Origin: Euglena gracilis
Taxonomy: Eukaryota
Direction: 5' to 3'
Assembly: GCA_039621445.1 (NCBI GenBank)
Contig: CP154954.1
Coordinates: 2,418,001 to 2,482,000 of the forward strand
Length of the DNA stretch: 64,000 bases
Shown here in pieces: positions 50,963-62,300 of the stretch. A program made the position numbers and the translations under genes. The stretch's first letter is position 1. Every line of letters starts with the position of its first letter. The notes beneath the pieces are model-generated. The model had not been told where the DNA came from, made no database searches, and was given only the letters and a program-made list of their open reading frames with translations.

Positions 50963-51251
50963 CAGGCTTGTGCTTCGTCGGGTGCCTACCCCACGGGGGG
51001 GGTGCTTGGGGCATGGCACCCTATAGCACCCATCCGACCCCCCCGGGGGGGGGTAGGGTTTTGGGGGTGCCTGCCCATAGCAGGCACCCCCCTCCAACCC
51101 CGGCGCAAAGGTGCCGGGGGCCCGGAAAAGGCCATTTTCAATGAAAATTTCCTGGGCCCCCCAGACCCCCCCGGGGCGTGTACCTGCTAAGGGCAGGCAC
51201 CCAAGAGCACCCACCCCCCCTCCCCCCCCCCAGTCGGTAAGCACAAGCCTG
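50963..51251. mobile_element. TIR element / putative non-conventional intron 50960-51256
   Basis: 13-bp perfect TIR CAGGCTTGTGCTT / AAGCACAAGCCTG. Flanks AGTGCCCC and TGCGCCAC (5/8 match). Confidence 0.78.
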
Positions 51252-51551
51252 TGCGCCACCCGCGACCCCAACGTTCGTCATCACAGGTCCCTCGCGGCCC
51301 ATGCGCACTCCTTCTTTGAGGGTTGACCCGCTCCCCTTCGGATCCGCGCAGCGCCGCGGTCCCAAGAAGCGGGGTCTCGTCTTTTGGTGCTCAGCGACCC
51401 GCGGGGGCATGTCCGGCCCCCTCCCAGTGCCTTCGGGCTCCAGCGCACCCCCTGGACCTGAAGTTAGCGTGGGATTGGTGGGGTATTGATCCCGGCGCAT
51501 GGCCGCCAGAGCCCCGGGAGCGGGCTCTGGCGGCCAGATCCCCGGGAGGCT

Positions 51552-51734
51552 ATTTATATTTATTTATATTTATTACTGGTGTTGTTGTCATTATTATTGT
51601 GATTATTATTATTTTTATTATTGCTATTGCTATTGTTATAGTTATTGTTATTGTTATTGTTATTGTTATTGTTATTGTTATTGTTATTGTTATTGTTATT
51701 TTTGTTATTTATTTATTCATTTGTTTGTTTGTTT

Positions 51735-51770
<36 letters not shown>

Positions 51771-51798
51771 TATTTTTTATATTTATATTTTTTTATTT
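51552..51798. repeat. Compound microsatellite (ATT)n, (ATTGTT)n, (TTTA)n
   Basis: Directly visible. Confidence 0.95.
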
Positions 51799-54700
51799 CA
51801 ATGATCGGTGACCCCCCCCCCAGGGTGTGGGGTCGAGCTGACTGGGACTCCTGGGCAACCGTCAATCAAATGCCAGGGGGGCATTTGATTGCTCCATTCA
51901 GAACCATTATGGCCATTGCCAAGTCTTTTGGATCAATGGGGGCTATTTTGGTCATTTTTTGGCCACTGCTGGCCACTACCCTTTTTTGGCAAATCAACTG
52001 TTATTTTGGTCATTTGAGCCGTTTTCCATTGATAATCATCGTAATTTTCCGGAAACGGCTGAAATGGCCGAAAAAAAGTTGTTAAACCTGGTCTAAATGG
52101 CCCCAAAATGGTTCGAAATGGTCGAAAATGGTCCGAGGTTGATTGTTGTTTGTTATCGCATGGAATGGCCCCAAAGTGGCCCAAAATGGCTTGAAATGGA
52201 TTGCCAGTTGGTAACCTAAACATGTCCAAATATGGCCCAGTTCCAGAAAAATCGCATATTTTCCGCACATTTTTCCGTATTTAGCGTGTATTCCCGCATG
52301 ACCCCCCAAATGACTTTGCAATGCCCTAAAGCTTTGCGTGCCCGAAGAACTTCGCTGGGGGGAAGGCCGAAAAAGGTCGGTCCAAATCACATTGCCCGCC
52401 CCTTTCAATGAAAAAGACACGAAAAATGATGCATCTTTTTTTGGGAAATCAGGACGTGGTCAGCGCAAAAAAAAAATGCCATAAAATTTGCCACACTGCT
52501 CTGTATTTGATGAACAGAAGCATTAAATTATGTTACAGATAGATACAAATGAACAGAATGTGACAACAAATTTCTTTTGGGAAATGTGATCAATCGGTCT
52601 ATCAATGGTTTTGGGTGCTTCCAAATAACTTTGCAGGGGGTCGGGGCCAAAAATATCCATCCACTAATTTTTGAAAAGAGTTATTTGGGGGGGGTTATTT
52701 TTGCGCATATTTGGGGGGGCTTTTAGTGCACATCCCTCCCCAGAGGGTTGCTCGCAATTTTTTTCACCTCCATGTGTTTATTTCCAGACTTACAAACCTA
52801 GACCATGTTAAGCCAAGGTTGGAACGTTTTCAACAAAAAATGATGGAAATTGATGGAGATTGAATTTGCATGTTTCTTTAAGAACACAACAGAAGATGAA
52901 GTGTTCCATTTTTTCCAAAAAACAGGTTTTTTTTATTTTGTTTTAAACGAGCTGCCAGCTATGCCAGAAACACATACCAAGAAAGGTCAGCAGACATGTT
53001 AACAAACAACCCCCCACAGCACAGGGCAGCATCCCTCCTGGCTTTAATCCCCTAAAACTTGTACACCGTGTGTCGTGTGGATCTCAGGCAGGTTCAACGT
53101 CCATGGATTCGAAACATGACCATTTTCAAAGGAAAATTGGCGGGTCATCAGGCACTGGGGTCCAAAACTGACCCCCGGGGGGGGGGTGCCTGCTATATGC
53201 AGCCACCCCATAGCACCTCGCCTCCCCCAGGGTTGTTCAAAAAAACAGCCTGCACACAGGAAAAAAATAAATCTGGAAACCCAGCTGGTTTTTTCGCACC
53301 CCTTCTCCGTTGTCCGTGGTGCCAACCGCTTTGCTTGCCCCATCCCATCGTCCCCGCAGGAATGCTGGCCTCTCTCGCACTATGGTTTTGCTTCCTCTCC
53401 GTGGCGATGAGCAAGTCCAAGACGCGGCCCTCCTCCACCCAGCCTTGGGGACAGAGCATGTGTGGCGGGATGGAGCAGCATGGCGCTGGAGGCGAGGAGC
53501 GGCCGGTTGGAATTGAAAGGGACACCCACGCCTGAGCAGACCTGTTCGTAGGACTGTGTTGTTTGCTGCCGCCCACAAAGCATGGGGGTGTTTTAGACTG
53601 CGGTGGAATGGCTGGCAGAGCAGGAAGAATTGGGAGTGCCTTTGCCAGATGGCTCCAAGCACCTTCGATGACGCAAGGCGATGCGAGGGCGATACCGGAG
53701 TTTTGGAGGGCAAAGGTGGGGCTCTGAAGCAGGGCAGGGTTTTTTTGGCCATTGTCTTACAGCTTCAGCCGTTTTGGCTGCATTTGTCCAATTTTTGGCC
53801 ACTTTTGGTCACTTTGGCCGTTGGTTGTTTTTGGCCATATTTCGGCCACTTTAAGCCACTTTTGACTGTTTTTTTTTTGCTGTTGTTTTTTGCCCATTTT
53901 TTTTGGTCATCTTTTACCCATTTGACCATTTTTTTGCACAATTGTGAGCCGCTTTTTGTGCTTTTGGTCATTTTACAGTCAGGACAAAAATGACAGGAAA
54001 CAAAAATGATGGGGGGGTAATGAAGACAAAAAAAAAGTGGGAAATTTTCTATTTTGATGATGGGAAAATTCAACTTTCCGCAGAAAATGTTGATAACTTT
54101 TCCCTCTTATAATGAAAGTTTTTGAGCAAAAAAGCAAAGTTTCAAAAAAAGTCAAAATGGTCTTCTGGGTGTCTTTTTTGTGATTTTTTATGAGAAACAG
54201 ACCCAAAATCGACCATATGTTATATCTCCCCGTCTTTTTGTGTGTTAAATTTGACCACCTTGAACGTGGCCCCTTTAAAGGGGCATTGAAAGGGTTCGGG
54301 GGGCAAAAATGGCGGGGGAAAATATGGAAGAAATGGGTGTTTTCCCATCATTTTTGTTCCCCGTCATTTTTGTCCGGACAAGAAACTCATTTTCTGCTTT
54401 TGGCCACTTTTGACTGGACACCCACCCACCTTTGGAGGCCATCCAAGGCTGGATGGGAATACCTGGCCGCACGAAGGGCGGATCGTTTATTTGGATTTGG
54501 GACAGGGTGCATGTGTGCAGGCGCTCGGGGTTCAGATTCATGATGTCTATTTGGGGCAAGGATGCAACAGGGACACGTTTGATCAGGTGCGTGGCAGGTG
54601 CACACTCATCTAAGCTTGTGCACGGAAGTTTCGGAGAATTTGACAGGGGGCCAAACTGGGCCAGAAGCGAAGTTGGGCACTGGCCATGAACAGACAAGTT

Positions 54701-55753
54701 AGTTCATGGAAGGGAGGGAGAGGGTCCCAAGGTCCCAAAAAGTTCCAAAAACAGCATTTCTTCCTGAACTGTACCGAGATATGGGGGGGGGAGGGTCCTG
54801 GGGTCCCAACTGTGCTGCCAACCCCTTCTTGTTTTCGCCGTTCTGTGGAGTGCATGAAGCAAACACTTTTTTCAGTGTCCCATGGACAATGGGAAATGAG
54901 GGATTGAATTTATTTTGAGACCCTTTTTGCGCACAAATGATTGAAATTACACTCCTTTGCACAATTACCCAAATAACTTTTTCGTTTTTGTTTGCGCAGT
55001 TATGCAAGTGAATACAGATAATTAAACCTCACTGGAACCTTTCCTGACGTATTTTTTATTGCATTTAAAATGGATGCATGATTGGGCGGTCTTCTGTCAT
55101 GTTCCCTGAAATGTATTTTCAACCCTCTTACTCATCTTTCCGTCAGCCATTGGACAGGAATCAGATTTCGATGTCTTACAGCCTGACCCAAAAAAATAGA
55201 GTCTTCGCACCCCCTTCTTCAAAGACCTCATTCGCATGCCTTGAAATGCTGCACAAAAGAGCACTTGTGAACCAGGGCAGTTCTCAAGGGACAGAAACGC
55301 CTTTTTTTCTCTTCAGCACCCCCCCCCTTGCGGACCGCACATTAGGCCAAAGGGACAGCCAAAGGCCGATCTGGTGATTGAATGGGGGCAAAATGAAAAT
55401 TCCAAAACCACAGTTTTGACGTTCTGGATGGATGGGCGATGGGGGTCAAGAGGCCCAAGGCATTCCCCCCCCCCAGATTCGACCCATTTTTGCCAAATAT
55501 GCCATTTGCGGCCTTCTTTTTCCCCTGGATTTTGCATTTAATGGGACCGGGTTTTTTTTTTCAAATGTGGTTTTGGGGGGGGGCCTGATGTGAACCCCCC
55601 CAAAATCGGTTCTGCAAAGAGTGTGTGTGGGAACTGGACGGCTGGAGGTATTGCTCCCTTTCCTGTTTCCTGTGGCCAGTGACGGCCTCGTGGGATCGGA
55701 ACGCCCCGGGTTGGGATGGGAGGTGACGCTCGACCCCCAAGGCTGTCCCCCAG

Positions 55754-56931
55754 GTCGGAGGGCACCCCCCTCAGGCTTCTTTTTAAAAAAGTTCGCCCCC
55801 CCCGGGGGGGGTGCTGTGGGTTGTGACGGGGATGAGCAACCCCAAACCCGGGGGGGGGTCGGGTTTTGGGATGGGTGTGGGTACCTCCGCCCCTTGAGGA
55901 GCGGGGCGCTTGGCCCCGCTCCTCCTTACATACAAACTTGGCCCCCCCCTTAAGGTTGGTTTTTGGCCTTTAATTTTAGCGCATGGCCGCCAAAATTCTT
56001 AACATGCAAACTTGGCCCCCGTAAGGTTGGCCCCCGGCCTCACCTTCAATCATGGCCCAGGCCAAGCGCCCGGGGGGGAGGTAGCGCTAACCCCCCCCAA
56101 ATTAAGACACCCCCCCGATTTTCAGCAAAAATCCAAAAAAAACGACCCCCACAACAGTAAGACCCCCCTCGGGATTCTTTGGGGAAAATCCAAAATAGAA
56201 CCCCCCCCCAAACTGTGAAATTGTCCCTGAAATGGTGATTTTTTTTACGTTTTTTTCCATTTTGCCTATCATGTATGTGTCAAAATTGGCATTTTGCAGA
56301 CGTTTTTTTGCTCATTGCCAAAAATCGCCCCAAAACCCCCTTTAGGATTTTCAACAACAAACCCAAAAAGGACACCTGGGGTCTTATTATTTCAAAAATA
56401 AAATATTATTTATTAATATTAATGTTGATATTAATATTAATATTAACATTAATATTAATAATTATATATTATATTAATAATATATTAAAATATATATAAT
56501 ATAATATAGTATAATACAATATAATATAATACAATGTAATATAACATAATATAATATTATATTATATTATATTATATTATATATAATAATATAATATATA
56601 ATATAATATAATATAATATATAATATAATATAATATCTCTATCTAATATATCTAATATATACTATAATATAAATATAATATCTCTATTATATATCTCTCT
56701 CTCCTCTCTCTCCCCTCTCTTCCTATTATATTATTCCTTACAGGGGTGCGCCAGCAATGGGGAGGCACCCCGTAGCACAAGCCACCCACCTCCTCCCCAG
56801 GGTTATTGAGAAGAAGCCTGACCCCCCTGCAGCGGCTTTTCGCTCACAGCAAAGTCACCCGCGAGCGCCATTTCCTGTGGCTGAATGTGCAGAACTGGAA
56901 CCAGGCTGTATTGGCGAATCCTGATGTCTGA
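55754..56931 (+). CDS. Coding fragment of unknown product interrupted by the 55772-56820 element
   Basis: CCCCCAG| acceptor at 55753. The empty site reads SEGTPLQRLFAHSKVTRERHFLWLNVQNWNQAVLANPDV then TGA. Confidence 0.5.
55772..56820. mobile_element. Non-autonomous TIR element (hAT-like) with perfect 8-bp TSD and an internal AT-rich microsatellite; putative intron 55769-56825
   Basis: TIR CAGGCTTCTT / AAGAAGCCTG. TSD ACCCCCCT at 55764-55771 and 56821-56828. Confidence 0.85.
56395..56735. repeat. AT-rich low-complexity tract: (ATATA)n, (ATTAT)n, then CT-rich
   Basis: Directly visible. Confidence 0.95.
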
Positions 56932-58028
56932 CACCCTGCCATCAACCCCCCCCCCGAGAAAATGTTATTCACCCATGTGGGGCTGGAAGAGAGTAACCCC
57001 AGCCCCAGAAACATTGCCCCTCTTCCCCCCGTAAACACCGCTAAGGTTTTGTCCTCATGGGAACCTGTCTTCCCCCCCCACCCCCCCCCCCCCCCCCCCC
57101 CCCCCCTAAGGTGTCCTCATGGGAACCTGTCTCTTCTTCCAGCCATTTCTGAACTCCCACATGCATTAGATTTTTGATAATGCTGAGCTCTCTGAGTTCT
57201 CACATTAATTGCTCCTCTTATGCCCCACCCCACACAGCCCACAAAAAAGGTATTTCTGGTAAGTTTTTTTTAAAGAAAAATTGTGTATTTGCAAAAAGAT
57301 GGTGGATTTGCAAAAAAACAATGGTGGATTTCTTTGCCAAAGAGTGATTTTATTAAAATTATTTTTTTAAAAAAATCCAAAAATCAGGGAAAATTTTTTT
57401 GCATATTCTTCAAAAACAACAGAAATGCTCTGTGATTGAGTTGTTCCTGTCTTTCCTGCTGGAAAAGCTCGGGGTGGAGGGGGGCATCATGACACGAGGT
57501 AGGAAGCAGGTCTCTGAGGACTCTGAGGACAGGTCAGCGACCACAGGACCAGAAGGCAATTTCCCAGAGGTCCGTCAGAGGAAAAGCATTTGGCATCGAG
57601 AGACATTTGTGACCCTCCCCCTGCTGAGAAAAAATTCCGAAAACCTTGGTTCTTCAACAACTCACGAAACATGCTTTTTCAAGAAAAATATCAAGCAATT
57701 AATAGGAGACAAGTTAGCAGGTGCAAAACGTACAACCATCAAGACCATCAAAGGCAAGTCTATCAAGGCCTCAACATACGAATTAAATATTGGGTTATAA
57801 GATGGCTGGTATCAGTCTTTTGGGAGGGAAGAAGAGGACAAGGATCATGTTTCGTCAGTATGAGAGGCCGGCGCATTTTCAGGGTGATAACCTGGGCAAC
57901 ACAGAGGTGGGTGTAGAACAGGGTCAGGTGGTGCCTCCAAAAATTTATTTGCGCTCCCCCAGAGATGTGAGAATTATCGACATCATCAATGTGCTTTTGT
58001 TTACCAAATGGTCATATTCCATTTACCT

Positions 58029-58078
58029 GGTGTGTGGGTGTGGGTGGGTGGGTGGGTGGGTGGGTGGTGTTGTGTGTG

Positions 58079-58138
<60 letters not shown>

Positions 58139-58284
58139 GTGTGTGTGTGTGTGTTGTGTGTGTGGGTGGGTGGGTGTAGGTGGGTGTGGGTGTTGTGGGT
58201 GTGGGTGTGTTGTGTGTGTTGTGTGATGTGTGTTGTGTGTGTTGTGTGTGGGTGGGTGGTTGGGTGGGTGGGTAGGTGGGTGTG
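58029..58284. repeat. (GT)n / (GGGT)n microsatellite
   Basis: Directly visible. Confidence 0.97.
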
Positions 58285-58393
58285 CAGTGTCATTATTTCC
58301 TTCTAACATTCACCTCTAACCACTTAAAGGGTTTAATTGTTGGAACACACATTTTGAGTCATTTTTGCTCATTTCGGAAGAGGAAAGGGTTCA

Positions 58394-59340
58394 AGGCGGC
58401 CTGCCACAAGTGTCACAGTCCGGTTCCGGCACGCCGGGTTCATGTCCCGGCCATGCCATTGCTTAACACCTGTCCCCCCCCCCGGGGGGGTGACTGACTG
58501 GTTTTTTGGCCCAGAGCCCCCCCCCCCGGGGGGTGGGATGGGCCCGAAAATGAAAAAGTGGCTGGCCTGGCGCCGAAGGCGCTGGAAATTTTTTAGATTT
58601 TTTTGAGATTTTTTTGGCAAATTTTCATTGCCTCCAGGAGAGTGGCCGATCCACCCCCCCCCCCCGGGGGGTAAAGTGACTGACCGGTTTTTTTCGGAAA
58701 AAGTGACTGACTCGTTTTTTCAGAGTGGAAAGTGACCTCCCCCTCCCCCCCCCCGGGTCGCTAAGCAATGGCATGGTCCCGGCTGACCGTCGCGATGGAG
58801 ATGACACAAGAGCTGTACGGCGTGTTGTACTGGCGGGCGGTGCTGCCCCCGGAGGGGGACCAGGGATTTCTTGGAGTTGGAACCCACGGGGGAGGGCACT
58901 CTACCCTGGGGGTCCAGTGGGGGGTTTTCCTCCATTTTTGGCGCGAAGAGCCAGAAATTTTTTTTGAGCCGACCCAAAATTGACTTCCGAAGTTGGGTCC
59001 CTCGGACCACTCTCCAGGGGGGGGGGGACTCTAGGTGGGTGGGTGGGTGGGGGGCAGGGGCTTTGTTTAGCCTTGGACACTTTTTGGCGCCGAAGGCGCT
59101 GAAATTTTTTGAAAAGGGTGCTATTTTTTGGCATTTTTCGCGATTTTTTTTGGGTTGTGGGTTGGGTCCCGAGACCCCCCCCCCCCAGGCCAGGGGGTGG
59201 GTGGGGGGACCCCCCTCCTCCCAGTCTGAAAAACCCCTAGTGGGGGATTTCCGGTGTTTCAAAAAAAAATCCCTGGCGGGGACTACCCGGTGTTCGGCCA
59301 CGACTTTGCCCCGGCTCTGCCCCACGACTGCGGCCAGGTC
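58394..59340 (+). CDS. Three-exon coding fragment of unknown product (58394-58448, 58781-58857, 59281-59340); partial copy 23881-24443
   Basis: After removing two TIR elements plus 8 nt each, the frame reads RRPATSVTVRFRHAGFMSRLTVAMEMTQELYGVLYWRAVLPPEGDYPVFGHDFAPALPHDCGQV. GC3-rich. The outer boundaries are uncertain. Confidence 0.6.
58452..58775. mobile_element. Non-autonomous TIR element (hAT-like MITE) with perfect 8-bp TSD; putative non-conventional intron 58449-58780
   Basis: 14-bp perfect TIR CATGCCATTGCTTA (58452-58465) / TAAGCAATGGCATG (58762-58775). TSD GTCCCGGC at 58444-58451 and 58776-58783. Confidence 0.9.
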
Positions 59341-62300
59341 CCCTGTTTGCTGCCACCCTCGGCCCATCCCCCTCCCGCCGCATGCCTTTTGACAGCCACG
59401 GGCTTGAATCGGCTGGCAGCCTTTTGTCAGTCAAAATGTGGGCGTGTTCCCCTCCGGGGCTCCTGCCTCGCCCCCGTGTTGGCGTACTGTGGACGGTCCT
59501 GGCTGTCTGTTGGGGGGCCGCATTTGTTTGTGGTATTCGGATCTGTTCTGTGGCCATTTCCGTTTTTAGCTTTTGGTTTGGTTGCTCAATCCCCCCCGGC
59601 TGGTTTTTTTTGGTTTTTTTTCCAAAAAATAATAATTGTGTTTTTTTAATTCTGAAAAAGCAGCAAAGAAACTCCAAAAAGCAAAAGGGAAAAATAGCCA
59701 GGGGCCCGGCAACGTGATTGCCGCCGATGGCCGTTTTTCCCCCTGCGTTTTCTTTCACATTTGGAGTCAATTTTTTATGGATCAAACCTCTGGTTGGTGT
59801 GTATCCACAGAAAAGATTATGTACCGGTGTGCTCGGGGGCTCGACCATAGCTAGTCCAACTTTTTTTTATTTGGATTATCTGCAGTCGAGTGGAATTTCT
59901 AGTGGACCCTCTGTGGGGAGGGGGTCCACTAGCAGGGCTGGCTAGTGGTAATTTTTTTTCCTGGTGACTGACGCAAAACACAAGAATAAAAGTTTTTTGA
60001 CCCCCCCAAACACCATTTTCAGCCACTTTCGGGATTTTTCGGGACAAAATCAGCCAAAAACAAATTAAAAAACACCATGGCACGCAGTTCCAGAGTTTGG
60101 GGGGGGGGGGCTGAACCCTCCCCCCAGGGAGGGGGTCTAGATGGTGGCTTTTTCCCAGTGACTTGCTAATAAGGCCAATAGTCTAGCTGGCCAGTAACAT
60201 GACTGGCAAACCCCCCTGTGGGATATAAGTTGGGGTTTTAAATCAAGGAGTTGTTGGTCAAAACACGACCCACCCAAGAACGACCCCAACGCCCCCAAAA
60301 TGGCAGTTTTTGGCAAAATCTGTTTAAAGAATAACGGCTTTTCAATGATGGGCAGTCACAGGGATAAGCAAAAAAAATCAGTTTTGGGGATTTGCGGCCG
60401 AAAAAAAAAAAGTCCAGATGTCTTTCAATTTTCTTCCAAGTCATAAGTCAGGGTTTGCCAGATCTTAACCCGGAGAGTGTATTTGTGGGAGGCTTGTGGA
60501 CCTCAAAGTATATCCCACCCCCCACCCCTGGGGAGCTCGGCCGGACCCACCCTCCCCCCCCCCGGGTCCAAGACAAAAAAAAACCCTGTGCAGGTCACAG
60601 GTAGTTTTTTTCCCACTACCTGGCCCTGCTGGTGGACCACTGGGGGGATTCACCAGTAGGATTTCCACTGGCCAGATTTTGAACTGGCCGTAGTCGAGCG
60701 AGCCCCCCCCCCCCCTCAGGGGCACTGTGAACCCTGAAAACAGAAACCTGACGGGGAGGTTGGAGGTTGGCCCCAGATCCCCCCGGGGCCTTCCAAGTTA
60801 AACAGAAACCTGGCCCTGGCTCGTTCTGTTTTGCCCAGGGGGAAAGCGTTGAAGGGCCAGGCAAGGCTTGTTTGGGCTGGGAAGAACAAGGCCGAGCGTA
60901 GATATGTAAAACCCGGCGTTTTTCCGGGGTTCATTTAATCAGTGTGTATTTCCCCCAAGTTTCTTCACGGAACTGTTTTTTTACTCGGACAGTATGTGCT
61001 TGGCTTGTCGGGTCTGTTGGTGTACAGGGGCAACAAAAAAGGGTGATGAAAGGTGGCAGGCTTGACCAATTTTCTCCCTTTGTTGTTGTTGTTGTTGCAC
61101 CCCCCCCCCCGAGAGCAAAAAATCCATCACCGTCCAGGTGCCCTTTGGCGGCTGGACTGGACAGGAAACCAAATTCGTCAATGGACCGGAAGGGGAAAAA
61201 ATAGCTGGAAACAGGCTTCTGCGTAAGAACCCTGGGTTTTTGGGTCCCCCAGGACCCCCCCCCCCAATTTCGACCCGTCCGAGAGTGCTGACACCGAGGC
61301 CGTCGGTTCCTCGGCGTCGCCCGGCGCTCATGCCACAAAATTTCCACCGGGTTTCTTTTAATTCAGAAGACCCCCCTAAGCGGGGTCCAGGCAAGACCCC
61401 TGGGTTCGATCTGGACCAACCCCCCACCTGCCCTCCCGGGAGGGGGGGGGCAAATTCTCTTGAGATATGCCCTGTTTTGGGTCACAAATTGCAGAAGGGC
61501 AAGAAATGTCTACTATTTTTGATTTATTTTGGTCGAAGATGAGGGCGTTTTTTCTCATTGGTTAGCGGGTCCTGGGGGGGTTCTGGGGGGGTCCCGCAAC
61601 TTTTTGGCAAAAATTTTGCAGCACAAGATGAGGTTATTTTGAAGACTGGGGGGTCCGGGGGGGCGGTAGCCCCCCCCCCCCCGGCAGCGGGCGCCGAAGG
61701 CGCCCGGAACTCCACGGTCAGTGGGTTATGTGGGTACCGCCCCCCCCCCCGGTAGGTCCTGGGGGTCCTGGGGGGGGGGAACTGGCCATGACTCTTGGTT
61801 AGGCAATAAAAGGTGGTTTTGAGTGACTGATTCATCAACCGAGGTCACAAAGAAGGAATCAATGCCTTGTCTTCTTGAGTTCCAGGCTCAGTTGCCTTCG
61901 ACACTCATCCCCAGAAAGCACCCGAAATCCAGGCACCTGAAATTATGATTAAATGTTAATATAACCTTCTCGTGTGCATTTTCCCCAAACCGGCCAATCA
62001 TGCCATTTTTGGCGCTTGTTAGGGCAAAAAGAGTGAAAAATGCAAAAAAAGTTTTCAGCTAGAACCGCCAGAAGGAAAAACGCTTGAGTGCTGGTTACCC
62101 CCCCCCCCCCCGGGTCGGTCAGGACCCCCTTGTCCAGCCAATCAGCAACTTTTTTCCAACCAGCAGCTTTTTTCCCAGCCCCGGCCCCTCCCCCCCCCCC
62201 CGCCAACGAGTTTTATTTGTTTCCAGCTGCCCAAAGGGTGGCTGGACAGTAACAGATTTTTCGCTTTGGGGGGGGGGCAAAAATGGGCCAAACCCGGGCA

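Noticed and set aside
56833-56931. KDZ/CxC transposase C-terminal motif
   Set aside because: The resemblance is superficial, and the reconstructed upstream sequence (SEGTPLQ) lacks the expected catalytic motif.
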